From Narcine bancroftii (lineage: Eukaryota): a stretch of 64,000 nt of DNA. The notes beneath the pieces are model-generated. The model was not told the origin of the DNA, made no database searches, and was given only the letters and a program-made list of their open reading frames with translations. This document shows positions 12,200-24,100 of this stretch, piece after piece. Location of the stretch: NCBI RefSeq assembly GCF_036971445.1, contig NC_091470.1:192820001-192884000 (forward strand), written 5' to 3'. The position numbers and the translations under genes were made by a program. Positions within the stretch are counted from its first letter, which is position 1, and every line of letters starts with the position of its first letter.

Positions 12200-13175
12200 A
12201 TTTGATCCATTGTCGCCTGGGCCCATTCTGTCTCCCCAGGAACCAGCCTGTCACCCTTGGGCCTGGCCTGTGTCTCCCTAAGTCTCATCCTGTCTCCCCA
12301 GGGCCAAGCCTGTGCTGAGCCCTGATCTGTCAGAGGCGCTCGTTGGACCCGAAGCCCGACGGGTGTTGCAGGAGCCGCTCTGGGATAATGTGAGCCGCCT
12401 CGCGGCGTTTTGCGCTGTGCTGTTTTGGGATGCGCCGAAGCAGTGCCAGTACAGGCTTGCTCCTACACACTTCATCACTCTCGTCAGTTGCCCAGACACA
12501 CCGTGGCAGTCTGTTTTACCACCTGTAATTGAGGTGGGTCCCCAGTGGAAGTTCCTTTATGCAGGATTCCTCCCCCTTTACATCAGAGATCTGGGGTGGA
12601 GAGTGATGCACAGAGCAGTGCCGTGTAACAGATTGCTGAGTCAGTTCACCGACACCCCAGCCGCCATCTCTGAGGAGTGCATGAGGCTGCAGCCCCTCTT
12701 CGCCCACCTGAAGGGGCTGCTCCTCAAACTCTGGCTGCCCTCCAGCCCCCATGGGTCCTGACCTATGGCCACCTAGTGCGGAAGGAGGCCAGGCGTTGGG
12801 TGGATCTCCTTGTGGAGTTGCTGTCGAGGTTGACGAAACTGGCCATTAACAGGGCGAGGCAGCAGGTGGTTGAGGGGGGTGGGAGCGTTGACTCTCCTTC
12901 GGGGGGGGGGGGGTTATGTCCGGGCCCATTGGACCAGGAACATGCAGTGTCTGAGGGGACGGTGGCCGGCCAAATTCAGGGAACGGTGGGGCCCACAGGG
13001 GATCGTGTGTGTGGTAGCTGACGTAATTTGATGTGCAATAGAGAGGTGGTTGTAATTACTGCCTATGACGGTTTTGTTGCCACGTTTTTGCTGGTTTTTG
13101 GTTGTGGTTGTAGTTCTGGGTGCGTTTTGCGTTGTTAAAGTTGTAGTTTGAATAAAGTTTGCATGTTTATTTAAA
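12200..13175 (+). mobile_element. Tx1/L1-clade ORF2 3' fragment
   Basis: QWKFLYAGFLPLYIRDLGWRVMHRAVPCNRLLSQFTD...ECMRLQPLF...KLAINRARQ, followed by AATAAA and an A-rich end. Confidence 0.8.
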
Positions 13176-13674
13176 AACAAAGGGGTCCTGGGAGGGAGTT
13201 GGCCCCATGTAGCAAGCCCCCCCACCCCATCAGGGTCTGAAACCCAGGCTATCTCTTGCCCTCACTCCAAACCAGCATTGTCCGGTGAATCCACCGAATT
13301 TCTGGGGAAAGGTGGTCTCCACTTTCATTGAAAGAGAGCAGGGGCAATGCCCCTGCAGTGGCACTGAGACCTCGCCGAGAGCAGATGGCCCATCCAGCAC
13401 CACTCTCCGCCGTCTCGCAGCTCCGCAACCCCCCCCCCGTGCAACCTGTGCAGAGTTTGCATGACCCCACCCCCGGCTGCTTTGGTTGGGGGGTGCTGAT
13501 GTGATGGGGAGGGGTCAAATCAGTGGGATCATGTGACAGAGAAAATCAGTGGTGCAGTAGGGCTGGTGAGATGGCAGAAAGGTGATGGATGGGCCAAATG
13601 CTTCCCGTCTCCTCTGTCAGCAGGCGCCCCATGAATCTGCGCAGGTCCGTCTGGGCCACTCAGCCTCCACACAC

Positions 13675-13810
13675 CTCCATTCCCTGCACCTTCAGCTTCA
13701 TGTGGTCCTCCCTGGTGGTCTTCCCGTCCTTCCTCTTTTTCCAGCAGTACCCATCTTTCCGATACTTCACCTTCTTCCTGTTGTACAGGATTATCGAGCC
13801 GTTAAGTGGC
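13675..13810 (-). CDS. CAMTA2: CAMTA2 exon 4, CG-1 domain (PLNGSIILYNRKKVKYRKDGYCWKKRKDGKTTREDHMKLKVQGME)
   Basis: Near-invariant CG-1 sequence; aacag acceptor, GTGTGT donor, 136 nt. Confidence 0.97.
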
Positions 13811-14509
13811 CTGTTCAAGAGATTCAAGATTCCTTTATTGCCACATCGTAAGATTAACATGCACAATGCACTTCAACATTCACCTGCCACACGCCAAGCC
13901 AAGAGCCATTAGCGTTCTCCTAATAACAGGCCACGCCTTTATAGCGCTGGCGACCGGGGTTCAAATCCAGTGCTGACTGTAAAGAGTTTGCATGTTCTCC
14001 CCGTGTCTGTGTGGGCTTTCTCCGGGTGCTCCGGGGGCAGGGATGTAGCTGAATTGGGTGAAATTGGGCGGCACAGATTCGAGGGCCGAAAGGGCCTGTA
14101 GCTGAGCTGTGTGTCTAAACCGAAAGAAGAATGTTAAGAAAGAGAAGCAAAAGAGACCCAGAATGTCCGCTGATTTTCCCCCAGCGCTGGTTCCAGGACG
14201 TTAACAAAGAAAACACCGTTGGCTCCTCAGAGCCATGACCGACAGTAGGACCTGCGGAGCAGCGCTGTGCCTCCGGTCCCTGCTCTCCCGGGTCCGCACC
14301 AGTGGCAGGGCTGCCGTTACAGCAACTCCAGCAGTCCCGCCATGTTCTTCTTTACAATCTACGAGTGATGTGACTTCACAAAGACTTAACAGGAGTGGAG
14401 GCTCAGCAGGCAGGGGTGGGGTGCGGGGGGGGCAGATCAACAGAATGGAGTGGGGGGGGGGCATTCAATTGTCTAATGGTAGTTGCAAAGCATCGGAATG
14501 GAAGTTAAT

Positions 14510-14725
14510 ACGGAGGGTCAAGAAGATCACTGGGGTCTCTCTTTCCTCGACTGATGGCATTCACTGGGACCGTTGCCTAAATAGGGCTCAAATAATTATA
14601 GTGGATCTTTTCCATCCCACGCCCAGGGTCTCTGACCTACTCCCATCAAGGGGGAGGTACAGGGGCATCAGAATCAGGACGGCCAGACTAGGGAATGGCT
14701 TCTTCCCGCAGGCTGTGAGATTGTC
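14510..14725 (+). mobile_element. Rex1/Babar-like LINE 3' fragment (similar pieces at 47780-47970 and 48470-48700)
   Basis: KITGVSL...LLPSRGRYRGIRIRTARLGNGFFPQAVRL. Confidence 0.7.
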
Positions 14726-15685
14726 CAAGGAGGTTCATTCGGGGAAACATTTGATGCTGAATGTCATGACCACATTGAATTTAACCTTTAAGGTCAAATG
14801 AAGTTCAAAAGTGTTTTTTGACCAGCTTGTACTGACTTGCATTACTGGTGACTATAATTGTGGTAACATTTGACGCTGAATGTCGTGACCACATTGAATT
14901 CAACTTTCAAGGTTGTATGAAGTTCAAAAGTTCAACAAAAAAGTTGACCTTGTACCAGGGACACCTCGATTAGTTACAAGGATGTGCATCAACGTACATT
15001 CAGAATAAAAACAAGTGACCAAACCCAGTTCAATATGGACCCAAAAAAGTGAAGCAACGTGGGCAGAGGCTCTTCACGAGCCTGTAGAGTTAGACAAAGC
15101 AAGAGACAGCAGAGGGACATCAGCCTCGCCCCTCACTGTTGATGCTTCCAGACAGGCCAGGAGCAGGCAGTGGGAAGCAGAACAGCGACACCAGGCCCGC
15201 CTCAGTGCTCAGGGCCTCCAGACGGGCAACGGGCAGGCAGCAGGAAACTGACAATATATATTTATGCAGAATTACCATGAGGTTTTTGGGTCTTTTGTTT
15301 CAACCAGGTAGTCAACAACTGAGTGTTTTATTTCACAGGCAGCACCGGGGATCCTGCTAGTATTTATATATATTTATTTTGAATTTTAAATATATATATT
15401 TCTGAAGGGACGTACAAGAGTGTGCAGAAATGTGTGTTCATAGACATATATACTGTATTTTTTAGTGAGAATTAAACATTATTTTAATACTTTAAAAGCC
15501 TTCTCTTGTTGTTTAAACACTGTTACAAGTGATTTGCAGTTGCTACTGGGCTGTTTTTTAAAAATGACCAGTTCTCCGAAAAAAAAATTTATCCGACATC
15601 GACCCGGTCCCGACCATTCCGGATGATCAGAGTTGAACTGTATATACTGTACGTGAGTATATACATATATATATATATATATATA

Positions 15686-16466
15686 TCTTTGGCTTGGCTT
15701 CGCAGACGAAGATTTATGGAGGGGGTAAAAAGTCCACGTCAGCTGCAGGCTCGTTTGTGGCTGACAAGTCCGATGCGGGACAGGCAGACACGATTGCAGC
15801 GGTTGCAAGGGAAAATTGGTTGGTTGGGGTTGGGTGTTGGGTTTTTCCTCCTTTGCCTTTTGTCAGTGAGGTGGGCTCTGCGGTCTTCTTCAAAGGAGGT
15901 TGTTGCCCGCCAAACTGTGAGGCGCCAAGATGCACGGTTTGAGGCGTTATCAGCCCACTGGCGGTGGTCAATGTGGCAGGCACCAAGAGATTTCTTTAGG
16001 CAGTCCTTGTACCTTTTCTTTGGTGCACCTCTGTCACGGTGGCCAGTGGAGAGCTCGCCATATAACACGATCTTGGGAAGGCGATGGTCCTCCATTCTGG
16101 AGACGTGACCCATCCAGCGCAGCTGGATCTTCAGCAGCGTGGACTCGATGCTGTCGACCTCTGCCATCTCGAGTACTTCGACGTTAGGGGTTTAAGCGCT
16201 CCAATGGATGTTAAGAATGGAGCGGAGACAACGCTGGTGGAAGCGTTCTAGGAGCCGTAGGTGATGCCGGTAGAGGACCCATGATTCGGAGCCGAACAGG
16301 AGTGTGGGTATGACAACAGCTCTGTATACGCTTATCTTTGTGAGGTTTTTCAGTTGGTTGTTTTTCCAAACTCTTTTGTGTAGTCTTCCAAAGGCGCTAT
16401 TTGCCTTGGCGAGTCTGTTGTCTATCTCATTGTCGATCCTTGCATCTGATGAAATGGTGCAGCCAT
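15686..16466 (-). mobile_element. RTE-clade LINE 3' end inserted in a (TA)n tract
   Basis: RLAKANSAFGRL...LERFHQRCLRSIL...QLRWMGHVSRMEDHRLPKIVLYGEL...CNRCNRVCLSRIGLVSH. Confidence 0.9.
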
Positions 16467-16501
<35 letters not shown>

Positions 16502-16744
16502 ATATGTGCATGAGTGCAGAAATGTGGGTAGATATATATTGTATGTGCATATATATGTGCATGTATACACATACACACATTCACAGACACATACATACAA
16601 TTACACATATCTGTATCTCAATATATATTATGTGCTATATATGGTGTGTGTATGTATTTATGTGATGTATAAGCACCATGATCAGGAGAAACACAGTTTC
16701 ATGGGGTACAGCCAGCTATAATAAACTTGAACACTCGTACAGCA

Positions 16745-17530
16745 CCCACTGCCAGACTCACCTGGTGCATGGAGATCGTGACTACTGCAGACTCACCTGG
16801 TACACAAGACCCCAACCACTGCCATACTCACCTGGTACCTGGATATCCCAAACTCATCTGGTGCCTGGACATCCCAACCACTACGAAACTCACCTGGTGT
16901 GCGGAGATCCCGTCCACTGCCAGACTCACCTGGTGCACGGAGATCATGATGACTGCCAGACTCACCTGGTGCATGGAGATCCCAACCACTGTTAAATTCA
17001 CCTGGTGCCTGGACATCCCAACCACTGCCAAACTCACCTGGTGCATGAAGATCCCGTCCACTGCTAAACTCACTTGGTGTGCGGAGATCCTGACCACTGC
17101 CAGACTCACCTGGTGCCTGGACACCCCGACCACTGCCAGACTCACCTGGTGCGCAGAGATCCCGACCACTGCCAGACTCACCTGATCCATGGACATCCTG
17201 ACCACTGCCAAAGTCACTTGGTGCCTGGACATCCCAACCATTGCCAAACTCACCTGGTGCATGAAGATCCCGTCCACTGCTAAACTCACTTGGTGTGCGG
17301 AGATCCTGACCACTGCCAGACTCACCTGGTGCCTGGACACCCCGACCACTGCCAGACTCACCTGGTGCGCAGAGATCCCGACCACTGCCAGACTCACCTG
17401 ATCCATGGACATCCTGACCACTGCCAAAGTCACTTGGTGCCTGGACATCCCAACCACTGCTAAACTCACCTGGTGTGCAGAGATCCCAACAAATGCCAGA
17501 CTCACCTGGTGCGCGGAGATCCCGACAACC
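16745..17530 (-). repeat. 36-bp minisatellite built from the CAMTA2 exon 3 end and its donor
   Basis: About 22 copies of actgccagactcacctggtgcgcggagatcccgacc, with an internal 216-bp higher-order duplication. Confidence 0.92.
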
Positions 17531-17573
17531 ACTCTTCATGCCTCTCAAAGCTGGTCAGGTATGACGCAATCTC
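17506..17573 (-). CDS. CAMTA2: CAMTA2 exon 3, CG-1 domain (EIASYLTSFERHEEWLSGSPRTR)
   Basis: ctccag acceptor, AG|GTGAGT donor, 68 nt; EIASYL is CAMTA2-type. Confidence 0.95.
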
Positions 17574-17789
17574 CTGGAGGGACAAACAGAGTGCGGTGAA
17601 GGGGTGCTGACAGCTCACCTATTGTCCCCAGCTCCCCCCCAGCACCGGGGGGGGGACTCAGCTGGACTTCGGGGGGAAAAGGTTGGGGTGGAAGGCTGGG
17701 AGAATGGAAAGGGCAAAGATGGAGTGGATAGAGGTCAGGGGAACAGAGGGAGCAAATCGGGGGATGGATAGGGTAGAGGCAGCTAGAGG

Positions 17790-18060
17790 GGGGAGCAGAG
17801 GTTGGGGGGATGGAGGGAGCAGAGGTCGGGGGGATGGGGAGCAGAGGTCGGGGGGACAGAGGGAGCAGAGGTCGGGGGATGGAGGGAGCAGAGGTCGGGG
17901 GATGGAGGGAGCAGAGGTCGGGGGACGGAGGGAGCAGAGGTCGGGGGACGGAGGGAGCAGAGGTCGGGGGACGGAGGGAGCAGAGGTCGGGGGACAGAGG
18001 GAGCAGAGGTCGGGGGGACGGAGGGACCAGAGGTCAGTGATGGAGGGTGCAGAGGTCTGG
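17790..18060. repeat. ~21-bp tandem repeat (ggagggagcagaggtcggggga)
   Basis: About 11 copies. Confidence 0.85.
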
Positions 18061-18533
18061 GATGGAGTTCTGGGGGATCAGGGCAGAGGACAGGGGGTGT
18101 AGAGGGCAGAGGTTGGAACAAAAGGGGTGGATGGACGGGGCAGTGGTCAGAGGGATGGATGGGGCAGTGGTCGGAGGGACCAGAGGTTTGAGGGGGCAGT
18201 ATTTGGGGGAACAGAGGGGCCAGTGATTTATGGGACAGATGGGGCAGAGGTTGGGGGACAGAGGTCAAGAGGGGAAGAAATCAGGGTTCAGGGACAAAGG
18301 GGCAGAGATCAGGGTGGATGGAAGAGGAAGAGATTGGAGGGGATAGATGTTGGTGAGGACAGGGGCAGATGAGGTCAGGAGAGGGGAAGCAGAGGTTGGA
18401 GGACAGAAGGGGAAAGGGTTGGGGGCATGGAGACAGTGGTGTGTGAGGAGACAGAGCTGGGGGATGAAAGGTCAGGAGTCAGTGGTGGGGATGGAGGCAC
18501 CTCTGGCCGTTGCCACTGGAAGCACCCACTTGC

Positions 18534-18637
18534 CTCGTTGGTGTTCCACCGCTGTCTCTCGTTGGGCAGGGATGCGCACTTGGGTAAGCTGTCAATCAGC
18601 TTGTTGGGCAGGAACACCTTGATGTGATTGTTATTTT
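18534..18637 (-). CDS. CAMTA2: CAMTA2 exon 2 (ENNNHIKVFLPNKLIDSLPKCASLPNERQRWNTNE)
   Basis: ttgcag acceptor; matches CAMTA KIFLPKKLLECLP...RWNTNE; 104 nt; GC-type donor GCAAGT. Confidence 0.95.
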
Positions 18638-18699
18638 CTGCAAGAGAGGAAAGAAGTCGTCAGAGTGAGCGGGAAAGTCAGATTCAGCTGGAAGGGCAA

Positions 18700-20460
18700 G
18701 ATCACAAGATAGAGGAGTGGATAGTGGCCCATCAGCCCATCGAGTCTGCCCCACTGTTCTAATCATGAGCTGATCCACCCACCCAGTCAGCCCCACTCCC
18801 CGGCTTTCTCCCCATAACTCTTGATGCCCTGTCCCCACCAGTACTGTCAATCTCTGCCTTAAATACCCCCAATGACTTCAGTGCCACAGGCTCGCAACCC
18901 TCTGGATAAAACAAATTCTGCGTTTCTCTGTGTAAATTGATGCCCTTTTACCCAGTTGTGCCCTCTTGTACCAGACTCCCCGACCATAGGAAACATCCTT
19001 TTTTTAAATTTTTTTTTATTTTTCACACTATAAACCACATTGATCAAGATACATACATTTTCCTTTTCAAATATATATAGTGTCGTTTTCTCCCCCCCTC
19101 CCTCTTCCCATCCCACCCTCCCTACTTCCCCTCCCATTCATTTAAAGTTCAGAATCTAAGATTCATTAAACCCGTCAAACAATGTTGTCACTCAATAAAA
19201 ATAAACAAGAAATTCCACTGAGTCAATTCTTTTCATTCCCTTCTCCTTCTGTCATTTTAGGTGGTAGATGTCCCCGGTAGGTTTTCGCTATTGTGTTTCA
19301 TGTATGGCTCCCATATTTGTTCAAATTTTGTAATATTATTTCTTAAATTATATGTTATTTTTTCTAATGGAATACATTTATTCATTTCTATATACCATTG
19401 TTGTATTCTCAAGTTATCTTCTAATTTCCAGGCTGACATAATACATTTTTTTGCTACAGCTAGGGCTATCCTAACAAATCTTTTTTGTGCTCCATCCAAA
19501 TCAAGTCCAAATTCTTTGTTTTTTATGTTACTTAGGAGGAAGATCTCTGGGTTTTTTGGTATATTGCTTTTTGTGATTTTATTTAATATCTGGTTTAGAT
19601 CTTCCCAAAATTTTTTCACTTTCTCACATGTCCAGATTGCATGAATTGTTGTTCATGGGAAACATCCTTGCCACATCTACTCCATCCAGGCCTTTCAGCA
19701 TTCGAAATGCTTCGATCAGGTTCCCTCTCATCCTTCTGTACCCCAACAAGAACAGTCCAAGAGCAGACAAACATTCCTCATATTCTACCCCTTTCATTCC
19801 TGGTATCGTTCTAATAAATCTACTCTGAACCTGCTCCAACGCCAGCACGTCTTTTCTCAAATAAGGCACCCTAATGAGGTCTCACCAGTGCCCAGAGAGA
19901 GTCTTAACATCACATCCCTGACCTTGTATCCTATTCCTCTACATATGAATGCCAATGTTGCATTCGTCTTCTTCACCACTGACTCAACCTGGAGTCAACC
20001 TTCAGGGTGTTCTGCACTCCCAAGTTCCTTTGTACGCTCAAATTTTCAATTTTCTCCCCGTCTAAATAATAGTCCGCCTATCTATTTCTTCGACCAAAGT
20101 GCATGAGCGTACACGTTCCAACATTGTATTTCATCTACCACCTTTTTGTCTGTTCTCCGAATCTATCCAAGTCCCTCTGCAGCCTTTCCGAGTCCCCAGC
20201 TCCCCTAACACCCATTTAGGTAACATCTACAAACTCAGCCACAAAACCATCTATTCCATCATCCAAGTCATTTATATACGAAATGAAAAGATGTGGCCTG
20301 CACCCTGCCCTCTGTGGACCAAGACTGGTAACCACAAGGCATCCATAATATTCCCTTTTACCGCTCCAGCAGCCAATGCTCTCCCCACACCGATATCATC
20401 CTGTCATTCCATGGGCTCTCATCTTGTTAAATATCTTTATGTGATCCATCTTCTCAAAGG
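18700..20460 (-). mobile_element. CR1-type LINE fragment interrupted by an L1
   Basis: PYLRKDVLALEQVQSRF...RRMRGNLIEAFRMLKG. Confidence 0.8.
19001..19653 (-). mobile_element. 5'-truncated L1 with A-rich tail and target-site duplication
   Basis: ORF2 C-terminus KKFWEDLNQILNKI...IPLEKITYNLR...FEQIWEPY; flanks catAggaaacatcctt (18985-19000) and catGggaaacatcctt (19654-19669). Confidence 0.88.
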
Positions 20461-20564
20461 TCTGAAGGGGAAGATCGAGCAGGGGGGAGGGGCAAGGTCA
20501 TGGAAAAGGGGACTTTCGGGGTAAAGAGGAAATTCTGGGTGACAGGGGAAGGCTGGGATAACTT

Positions 20565-20840
20565 GCCCCCACCAGTACTCTACCCCAGTGTTACAGTGAC
20601 AGACTCGACCCCACCAGTACTGTGCCCCAGTGTTATACAGTGACAGATCCATCCCCACCAGTACTGTACCCCGGTAATACACAGTTACAGACCCAATCCT
20701 ACCAGTACCATACCCAGGTGTTATACGGTGACACATCCGTCCCCACCAGTACTGGACCCCAGTGTTATACAGTGACAGACCCGACCCCACCAGTAGCGTA
20801 CCCCAGTGTTGCACAGTGTCAGACCAATACCCACTGGTAA
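20565..20840 (-). repeat. 44-bp satellite, reverse complement of the 53835-54740 array
   Basis: About 6 copies of ccccaccagtactgtaccccagtgttatacagtgacaga. Confidence 0.85.
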
Positions 20841-21149
20841 TTTACTTCGATGTAATTACGACTACACTGGGGAAACTATGGGGTACAGCTCTGATACAGA
20901 CACAGACTGGGCCTGTGCTGACTTCTGACCCCGAGTTGATTCAAATTGCATTCAATGCATTTAGGTTGGAGTGTTTAAGCTGCACTCATTGGCAGCACAG
21001 CGGTGGAGAGGATCCCAGCTGTGGGGGAGCAGCAGAGAACACGGCACCACCTTGCCAAGTGATCATTAAGCAATATGTGACATCTCACAGCAGCAAGCAG
21101 GACAAGAATGATGAGAGACCTCCTGAAGGGCTCCACACTCCAACCGAGC

Positions 21150-24100
21150 CCAGACATGAACAGATCCACACACCGACAGAGCCGAGAGGACAGATCCACA
21201 CTCCATCGAGCACAGACACAAACAGATCCACACTCCAACAGAACCCAGAGAGGACGGATCGACACAACGACAGAGACAAGACAAGGGGCGAATCCACACA
21301 CCGACAGAGACAAGACAAGGGACGGATCCACACACCGACAGGCACCAGACAGCAGACAGATCCACACACCGACAGGCCCCAGACAGACGACGAATCCACA
21401 CACTGACAGGCCCCAGAGGAAGGATCCACACTCTGACAGGTTCAAGACAGAGGACAGTAACAGGTGTCAAAGGACAGATCCACACACCGACTGGCCCCAG
21501 AGGACAGATCCACACACCAACAGGCTCCAGAGGACAGATCCAATCACCGACAGGCCCCAGAGGACGGATCCACATACCGACTGGCCCCAGAGGACGGACC
21601 ACATACCGACAAGCCCCAGAGGACTGATCCACGCGCCGACAATCCCCAAAGGACGGATACACACAACGACAGGCCCCTGAGGACGGATCCATACACCAAC
21701 AGGCCCCAGAGGATGGATCAACACACCGACAGGTCCCTGAACATGGATCCACACACCGACAGGCCCCAGAGAACAGATCCACACAACGACAGGCCCCAAA
21801 CAGAGGACAGATCCACGCACTGACTGGCCCCAGAGGACAGATCCACACACCAACAGGCTCCAGAGGACAGATCCACATACCAAAAGGCCCCAAGGAAGGA
21901 TCCACACACCAACAGGCTCAAGACACAGGACAGTAACAGGTCCCAGAGGACAGATCTACACACTGACAGGCCCCAGAGAACAGATGCACCCACCGACAGG
22001 TCCCAGACGGAGGACTGATCAACACACCAACAGTCCCCAGAGATCGGATCCACACACCGACACACCTCAGAGGACAGATCCACACACAAGCAGGCCCCAG
22101 AGGTCAGATCCACACACACGGACTGGCCCCAGAGGACAGATCCACACATCGACATGCCCCAGAGGACGGATCCACACACCGACAGGCTCCAGACAGAGGA
22201 CAGTAACAGGTCCCAGAGGACAGATCCACACACTGACAGGCCCCAGAGTACAGATGCACACACCGATAGGCCTCCAACAGAGGACTGATCCACACACCGA
22301 CAGTCCCCAGAGGACAGATCCACATTACGACAGGCTCCAGAGGACAGATCCACATACCAAAAGGCCCCAAGGAAGGATCCACACACCAACAGGCTCAAGA
22401 CACAGGACAGTAACAGGTCCCAGAGGACAGATCTACACACTGACAGGCCCCAGAGAACAGATGCACCCACCGACAGGCCCCAGACGGAGGACTGATCAAC
22501 ACACCAACAGTCCCCAGAGATCGGATCCACACACCGACACACCTCAGAGGACAGATCCACACACAAGCAGGCCCCAGAGGACAGATCCACACACACGGAC
22601 TGGCCCCAGAGGACAGATCCACACATCGACATGCCCCAGAGGACGGATCCACACACCGACAGGCTCCAGACAGAGGACAGTAACAGGTCCCAGAGGACAG
22701 ATCCACACACTGACAGGCCCCAGAGTACAGATGCACACACCGATAGGCCTCCAACGGAGGACTGATCCACACACCGACAGTCCCCAGAGGACAGGTCCAC
22801 ATTCCGACAAGCCCCAGAGGACTGATCCACACACCGACAGTCCCCAGAGAACTGATCCACACACCGACAGATCCCAAACAGAGGACAGATCCACACACCG
22901 ACTGGCCCCAGAGGACAGGTCCACACACCAACAGGCCCCAGATGACAGATGCACTCACGGACAGGCCTCAGACAGAGGACAGATCCACACACTGACACAC
23001 CCCAGAGGACATATCCACACACCGACAGGCCCCAGAGGACAGATCCACACACCGACAGGCCCCAGAGGACAGATCCACACACTGACAGGTCCCAGAGGAC
23101 GGATTCGCACACCGACAAGCCCCAGAGGACGGATACACACACCAGCAGGCCCCAGAAAATGGATCCACACACCGACAGACCTCAGACAGAGGACAGATCC
23201 ACACACCGACAGGCCCCAGGGGACGGATTAACACACCCGCAGGACCCAGAAGATGAATCCACACACTGACAGGCCCCAGAGGAAGGATCCACACTCCGAC
23301 AGGTTCAAGACAGAGGACAGTAACAGGTGTCAAAGGACAGATCCACACACCGACTGGCCCCAGAGGACAGATCCACACACCAACAGGCTCCAGAGGACAG
23401 ATCCACTCACCGACAGGCCCCAGAGGACGGATCCACATACCGACTGGCCCCAGAGGACGGATCCACATACCGACAAGCCCCAGAGGACTGATCCACGCGC
23501 CGACAATCCCCAAAGGACGGATCCACACAACGACAGGCCCCTGAGGACGGATCCATACACCAACAGGCCCCAGAGGATGGATCAACACACCGGCAGGTCC
23601 CTGAACATGGATCCACACACCGACAGGCCCCAGAGGACGGATCCACACACCGACAGTCTCCAGTCAGAGGACAGTAACAGGTCACAGAGGACAGATCCAC
23701 ACACACCGACTAGCCCCAGACGACAGATCCAGACACCAACAGGCTCAAGAGGACAGATCCACTCACCGACAGGCCCCACAAGACGGATCCACACACCGAC
23801 AGGCCCCAGAGCAAGGATCCACACTACGACAGGTTCAAGACAGAGGACAGTAACAGGTATCAAAGGACAGATCCACACACCGACTGGCCCCAGAGGGAGG
23901 ACTGATTAACACACCAATAGTCCCCAGAGGACTAATCCACACAACGACAGTCCACAGAGGACAGATCCACACACCGACACATCCCAGATGACAGATTAAC
24001 ATACCGACAGGCCCCAGAGGACGGATCCACATACCGACAAGCCCCAGAGGATGGATCCACACACTGGCAGGCCCCAGAAGACGGATCCACACGCCGTCAG

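Noticed and set aside
13935-14000. tRNA-like B-box (ggttcaaatcc; also near 29100 and 40010)
   Set aside because: These are SINE heads and no complete cloverleaf is present.
16745-17530. CRISPR-like regular 36-bp repeats (also the 30- and 44-bp arrays)
   Set aside because: The units are contiguous with no unique spacers, there are no cas genes, and the context is a eukaryotic intron.
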